From Saccostrea cucullata (taxonomy: Eukaryota): 64,000 bases of DNA. Positions 57,966 through 64,000 of this stretch are shown one piece after another. A program made the translations under genes and the position numbers. The stretch is from positions 1-64,000 of the forward strand of contig NW_026919509.1 in NCBI RefSeq assembly GCF_032062105.1. Direction: 5' to 3'. The notes under the pieces were generated by a model. That model had not been told where the DNA came from and made no database searches. It saw nothing but the letters and a program-made list of their open reading frames with translations. Position 1 is the stretch's first letter, and each line of letters opens with the position of its first letter.

Positions 57966-58866
57966 AATTGTATTCGCTGGATGGGCATAAACAATTCATT
58001 ATTCCTTCATATTTATTTGTTTATTTTATGTATATGGATTCCACTTATAGTGAAAGCTGGGGCTGTGTTATTACATACTTTATACCCTTTGCCAACTGTG
58101 ATTTGTTTTCGTTTTTGTTGGATAATTCTGATTGATTTAAGAATATATCACTCTCTTAATGGACTTTCGCGAGAAGCTCTGACTTCTACAGTTGAGGCTT
58201 ACCTTTACACTAGAACAATGGACGGAAACTCTTTAACGATGTAAATATCTAGCTCAACATTTAATTCAACGAAAACAGAGGGTTATTTCAAAGCACGAAT
58301 CAGTTGTCCTTAAAGAAAACGACAACCACCCTACCCTCAACTCCCGGCCTTCACACGTTAGTGCCCCCTAACAACATTTGGGGCACTACCTATGACCTCA
58401 AGCAAGGGTTTCTTTTCTTTTATCAATTCTGTACCTTCGTACATGATACTTGTAGGTTGAAATGTCAAAGTAAATGTCAACTGTAAAAGTAAGAGCTTCT
58501 TACAAAATTCAAAAATAAGACGTGATCAAGTATTCCGACTCTTCTCTAATTATAGTAACTCTCACTGGTCTTTGGTATCATGTATTCAAAATTTCTTTCG
58601 TGGTTTCCAAATTTATGGTCTTTTGGACATAAGATAAATGTACGTTTACTAAAAAGAAACGATTTTATAGTGATTTTGCCACACCACTTCCAGAATGACT
58701 ACAGCCTAGAAAGAAGCTTATTAAATTTTCTAAGAACGCATCGTCGTCAGTTATAAGGGAATGTGCAGCTTTGTAGTTAATTTATTTATTTGTAAATGAA
58801 TATTCAAAACTAGATGCTGTCATGAGACAGTAATACCCGCACTATGGTGTTTGCCTCTAAATACAC

Positions 58867-59034
58867 CGCTGCATTTCATTTCCGGAAATATGCATAGCAT
58901 TTCCGACAATTTTTTATTTCATTTCCGACATTTTTTGTTTTCATTTCCGACATAATATTTCTTTCATTTCCGGAATTTACCTGTGCGGCAATTCAATGTT
59001 TTCTTAAAGTATTTATACCAAAATATTGATACAA

Positions 59035-59079
<45 letters not shown>

Positions 59080-59403
59080 CAGCTTTACATTTATGCATAT
59101 ATGTAGAACTAAGTCTAGGTAAAGGAGTTCAATGAGCATAAAACTTTTTCAACACATTTAATGTGCACCAAATAAAATGTCAGTGACAGCAGCATACTCA
59201 TGTCCAAGTCTTTGATAGATTTACAAAACTGGATTTCAATGATTTATTTCTGATTTATTCCTTAAAAATTTTCATAAGTTCAGTTATCAAATCTGTTACT
59301 ATAGGTACTATATATGTATTTGAAAAATGTCGGAATGAAAACAAAAAAATGTCGGAAATGAAAAGTTGATAATTACCAAAAATTCCGGAAATGAAATGCA
59401 GCC
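58867..59403. mobile_element. 537-bp TIR element with 8-bp TSD (Merlin-like or unclassified)
   Basis: TIR (G/C)GCTGCATTTCATTTCCGGAA; TSD AAATACAC at 58859-58866 and 59404-59411; empty site at ~4455-4470; internal (AAT)n at ~59035-59074. Confidence 0.85.
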
Positions 59404-59848
59404 AAATACACACTCCTTCATATTGGACTTTCCAAGGAAGAAGTCAAAATAATTCTATAATTATCACCGTACACGTATTCGTCAAATTGAACATGAAATT
59501 TTCAGGTGACCATATGATCTATGAGCCTCACATATGTATTTTGAATACTTAATTCATTACCAGTCTGAAATAACAGAATTTAATTAATGATTGAAGTAAA
59601 TTACTTAATTAGATTCAGATAAATATTTTGCCCATAATTTGGAACTTTTTAAATTTACTTTCTCAACGACATATTATTTTAGTACAAAGCGTTTTTGATG
59701 AATTTATCAAAATGTGCAAACTGATTTTAGTACTTGGTCGGGAAAAAAACCCATTGAAAATACAACCCGATTAATTTGTCAATGCCTATCTCTCTCTCTC
59801 TCCCCCCCCCCCCACACACACTCTCTCTCTCTCACTCTCACATTTTTT

Positions 59849-61501
59849 AACCAGAAGTCTCTGTCGAGACTGTAGCTCTACTGGTTTGTACTTATACCAA
59901 AGGATGAGAAAAGAAGCCACTGCCATCAGACCAAAACTATAGAAGGAGTAGCGTTTTAAAAGAATTTCACAGACATTTCTATTCTTAGTAACAATTGAAC
60001 ACTGTTCATCGAAATCAAAAACCGATGCATTATTTTATGTATCTTAGTGTAGTCTACTTGTGTGCCAAGTAATACTGAAATCAGACCAAAACTGTAGAAA
60101 AAGTAGCGTTTTAAAGGAATTTCACAGAAAATTCTATTTTTAGTAACCATGGCAACACCGTTCATCGAAATCAAAAACCGATGCACTATTCTATGTATCT
60201 TAGTGTAGTCTACTTGTGTGCCAAGTAATATTGAAATCTAACCAAAACTGTAGAAGGAGTAGCATTTTAAAGGAATTTCACAGAAAATTCTATTTTTAGT
60301 AACCAAGGCAACACCGTTCATCGAAATCAAAAACCGATGCACTATTCTATGTATCTTAGTGTAGTCTACTTGTGTGCCAGGTTATATTGAAATCAGATCA
60401 AAACTGTAGGAGAAGTTGCATTTTAAAGGAATTTCACAGAAAATTTTATTTTTAGTAACCATGGCAACACCGTTCATCGAAATCAAAAACCGATGCACTA
60501 TTTTATGTATCTTAATCTAGTCTACTTGTGTGCCAAGTAATATTGAAATCAGATCAAAACTGTAGGAGGAGTAGCGTTTTAAAGGAATTTCACAGAAAAT
60601 TCTATTTTTAGTAACCATGGCAACATCGTTCATCGAAATCAAAAACCGATGCACTATTTTATGAATCTTAGTGTAGTCTACTTGTGTGCCAAGTTATATT
60701 GAAATCAGACCAAAACTGTAGGAGGAGTAGGATTTTGTAAAATTGTTTACAGACAGACGGACAGACAGACAGACAGACGGACGGACGACGGACACCTTAC
60801 TATCGCATAAGCTCTTCTGGTCTCTGACCAGTAGAGCTAAAAACCGATACACAGAATTGTGTATCTTAGTGTAGTCTACTTGTGTGCCAAGTTATATTGA
60901 AATCAGTCTAAAACTGTAGGAGGAGTAGCATTTTGAAAGAATTTCACAGAAATTTCTATTTTTAGTAACCACGGCAACACCGTTCATCGAAATCAAAAAC
61001 CGATACACAGAATTATGTATCTTAGTGTAGTCTGCTTTTGTGCCAAGATATATTGAAATCAGACTAAAACTGTAGGAGGAGTAGCATTTTGAAAGAATTT
61101 CACAGAAATTTCTATTTTTAGTAACCACGGCAACACCGTTCATCGAAATCAAAAACCGATATACAGAATTATGTATCTTAGTGTAGTCTACTTGTGTGCC
61201 AAGTTATATTGAAATCAGACCAAAACTGTAGGAGGAGTAGCATTTTGAAAGAATTTCACAGAAATTTCTATTTTTAGTAACCACGGCAACACCGTTCATC
61301 GAAATCAAAAACCGATACACAGAATTATGTATCTTAGTGTAGTCTACTTGTGTGCCAAGTTATATTGAAATCGGACCAAAACTGTAGGAGGAGTAGCATT
61401 TTGAAAAATTGTTTACAGACAGACAGACAGACAGACGGACGGACGACGGACGCATTACTATCGCATAAGCTCTTCTGGTCTCTGACCAGTAGAGCTAAAA
61501 A
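59849..61501 (-). mobile_element. HINE with 156-bp arrays, two 5' ends and one 3' end
   Basis: Monomers at 60011, 60167, 60323, 60479, 60635 and at 60989, 61145, 61301. The 5' hairpin 'ctcttctggtctctgaccagtagagctaaaa' ends at both 60843 and 61501; the single 3' end is at 59849-59886. Confidence 0.9.
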
Positions 61502-62319
61502 TAGACCTAGATGGCAAAGTTATGTTAAAACATAGTTTATTATGATAGTTTAAAATTTGTTCTTGTACTAAACAGTTTTACGTGTGAACATCTTATTTTC
61601 TACATTCACATTGGGTTTGCGTCACCCATTATCATATTTATAGATATCACCTCTCGGCACACCTCGGCCGATTCATACTGGCAACGGAATCAGCAAAGGT
61701 TTGTCGAATAAGATTATTTAGCACATGTATGCTGACGATGCAGTGTGGTCAGTTAAAATCATTTGTGTTTTAATTGGATTATATGGATTATATTTCATGA
61801 ATTCGTTGTCACGACCTATGACATTCGGTAAGTACAAGATTTAGTATAGATTGCATAAAAATAAATAAATGCAAATGGTTAGGTTGAAGTTCAAAAAGGG
61901 TCAAAGATCATCGCATGCCACAGTCGACAAATTTCACATTGTCAAGTTATCTCCCGTTGCGGACATTCAGTATATACAGGCGCAGATCCAGAATTTTTTT
62001 TTCAGAAAGGGGAGGGGGGGGGGGTGTCACACCTCAGTCAAAAAAATCAGCCCAAGATTTCCTGAGAAGCAAATAAAAAATAATAATAATAACAATGATG
62101 GTGGAGTCCCTGTTTTCTAAGGGGGAGGATGTCCAAAGTCATTTTTATTCTCTACAGTACATAGTCTTATTTAAATAACTGGGGGGGGGGGGGGGGGGGG
62201 GGGGGGGGTCTGATCTCCCTAGCCACTGACTCCCTGTACCTGAAATGACAATTGATCTTATGACTCCATAATAGTAGAAAATTTTTTCATTTGACTATAT
62301 ATACATATTTTGTTTCCTA

Positions 62320-62830
62320 TGTTTATGTATGTTTGTCTGTCCACAGAAACTTTAACCTTGCCCATAAGTTTTAAGTGGATTGGGCTATACACATGGCTTC
62401 AATATTTCATAGGTAAATTTCTTTTGGCAAAACCTTTTAATGGGTACCACCAATTTTGACCTCTTAATCTCTTGACCTTGGAGTTTGACCCACTTTTACA
62501 AGAAAAATACCTTAAACTTGGCCTAAGTTTTGAACAGGCGGTGCTAGGACTTTCATGCTCTAACAATTTTGTGTAATCATTGTGAACTTTCAACAGGTAT
62601 AATTATTTTTGACCTAGACCTTAGAGTTGAACCCAATTTAATTTTAACCTTGGCAATAACTTTTGAACAGGTGAGGAAGTTCTAGGGATTTCTCTCTTTT
62701 TTCACATGTGTATTCCTTGTGACAAGACTTTCCCTTTGATACCAACAATTTTGACCCTTTGACCTTGACCTTGGAGTTTGACTTACATTTGAGAAACTTC
62801 AACCTTTGCCAAAAGCTGCCATAACAGTTG
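62320..62830 (+). repeat. Degenerate HINE-type repeat fragment present only in copy 2
   Basis: 'tgtttgtctgtcc..aactttaaccttg..gaccttggagtttgac' monomers. Confidence 0.55.
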
Positions 62831-64000
62831 CTGTCACAACAAACAAACAAATTACTAAAAAAACACAGTATACATGTACATATTTTATATTCAACAGATA
62901 TACATCTGGTCATATCTCTAGTTCTCCCTTGAATGAGACACGGTGATATAAATTTTAAAAAATAATTATGATAAGAGTTGAAAAGGTTGTGCATATTAAA
63001 ATATACTAAGCTCTGCGGATGAATTAGATATACCAGTTTAGATATACCAGTTTAGCTTAATTTTGCTACCCAAAGCACCTTGATTAACTATTTATAAGCA
63101 TACTGTTTTCTGAAATGTACTGATTTCTGTTGTCCATCTGTTTGTCTGCAAACTTTTCACATTAACTTCTTAAGAACCACTGGGCCAATTTCAACCAATT
63201 TACATTTAAATATGCAGGGGACTTTTTCCAACATAAATCTTCTTCTCAAGAACAGCAAAGACATTTATTGTCCCCCATTTTCGCTAAGGTAGGGTACATT
63301 AAATCTCATTTGTTTGTCAATCTGCCCATCTGTCACAATAAATTTAACCTTGCAATTGGTCATCATGGTCGTATATTTTGAATGAGAAGAGACAGGACTT
63401 TTATATTAAACATGTGTATTAGTATTAAATGGGACAATACCATTCTAAATACACTATGATTTTTATTACCCATGACCTTGAAGTTTGACCTAATTTCATA
63501 AACAAATTAATTGCTTTGAATTAATCATTTTGAAAGATAAATGAAAGGGCATTCATATTACCTGTGATAAGACCTTTCCAAATGTATCATGACTTTTTGA
63601 CTCTGTGACCTTGACCTTGAAGTTTAACTTAGTTTTCATTAATGTTGTATTTCCTTTTCATTGAGAAGAGATTCGACTTTCACATTTCAAGTGAACATTA
63701 CCCATAACAAGATCTTTCCCAACATGCTATGATTTTTTACCCCTTGACCTTGATGTTTTAACAAAATTTCAAAAGAGTGAACTCTCCCAAAAGAGGATAA
63801 GACCACTGTTTAAAACGAAAAAGGAGTTTAGTGAAGACTGGGCTTTTTCCATAAAAAACGTCATTTTTCGACCCTCATTTGACCCCCCGGGCAAAATCAA
63901 AATTCCGAAACCTAACTGCACATCTACATGACCCCACCAACCATCTCCCAAAAGATGATTAGGCTGCTGAATAAAATGTAAGAGGAGTTCAGGGAAAAAT

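Larger units (their letters stand above)
58808..64000 (-). mobile_element. Large composite Helentron-like element, copy 2 (runs off the window end)
   Basis: Identical 3' terminus 'aactagatgctgtcatgagacagtaatacccgcact'; collinear with 4408-5640 and 6165-6218/8419-8940; the 162-bp array begins at ~63820. Confidence 0.75.

Noticed and set aside
57990-58800. Missing signal-peptide and Cys-rich exons of Shisa-like gene C
   Set aside because: No exon with the C..C..CC..CC pattern and suitable splice sites was found; these exons probably lie beyond position 64000.

Overview
AT-rich, intron-containing eukaryotic DNA, most likely from an oyster (Ostreidae); the evidence is a Cg170-like 166-bp satellite inside Helentron-associated HINE elements plus Penelope-like relics. 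It is not prokaryotic and has no CRISPR array, rRNA or tRNA. Reading splice sites by hand gives eight protein-coding loci, most of which the ORF track only catches in pieces: (1-2) a head-to-head pair of secreted C-type lectin paralogues whose start codons are separated by only 107 bp; (3) a complete 15-exon MCMBP gene with an AT-AC minor-spliceosome intron; (4) a minus-strand gene with several CARD-like domains and a TRADD-N-like domain, all introns phase 1, carrying a 1-nt frameshift; (5) a 4-exon gene for a secreted stand-alone MRH (mannose-6-phosphate receptor homology) domain; (6-8) three tandem CYYR1/Shisa-like membrane-protein genes. All three Shisa-like tails carry PPxY motifs, two also carry P(S/T)AP (one as the overlapping PSAPPLY), and one gene has gained a WAP-domain exon. 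Much of the remainder is transposon-derived. It includes two diverged copies of a very large composite Helentron-like element (4408-13314, and 58808 to beyond the window end) that supply empty sites for each other's nested insertions, four elements nested inside one another in MCMBP intron 5, many MITEs with readable TSDs, a truncated LINE and Penelope-like fragments. Family names come from recognising motifs, not from database searches.
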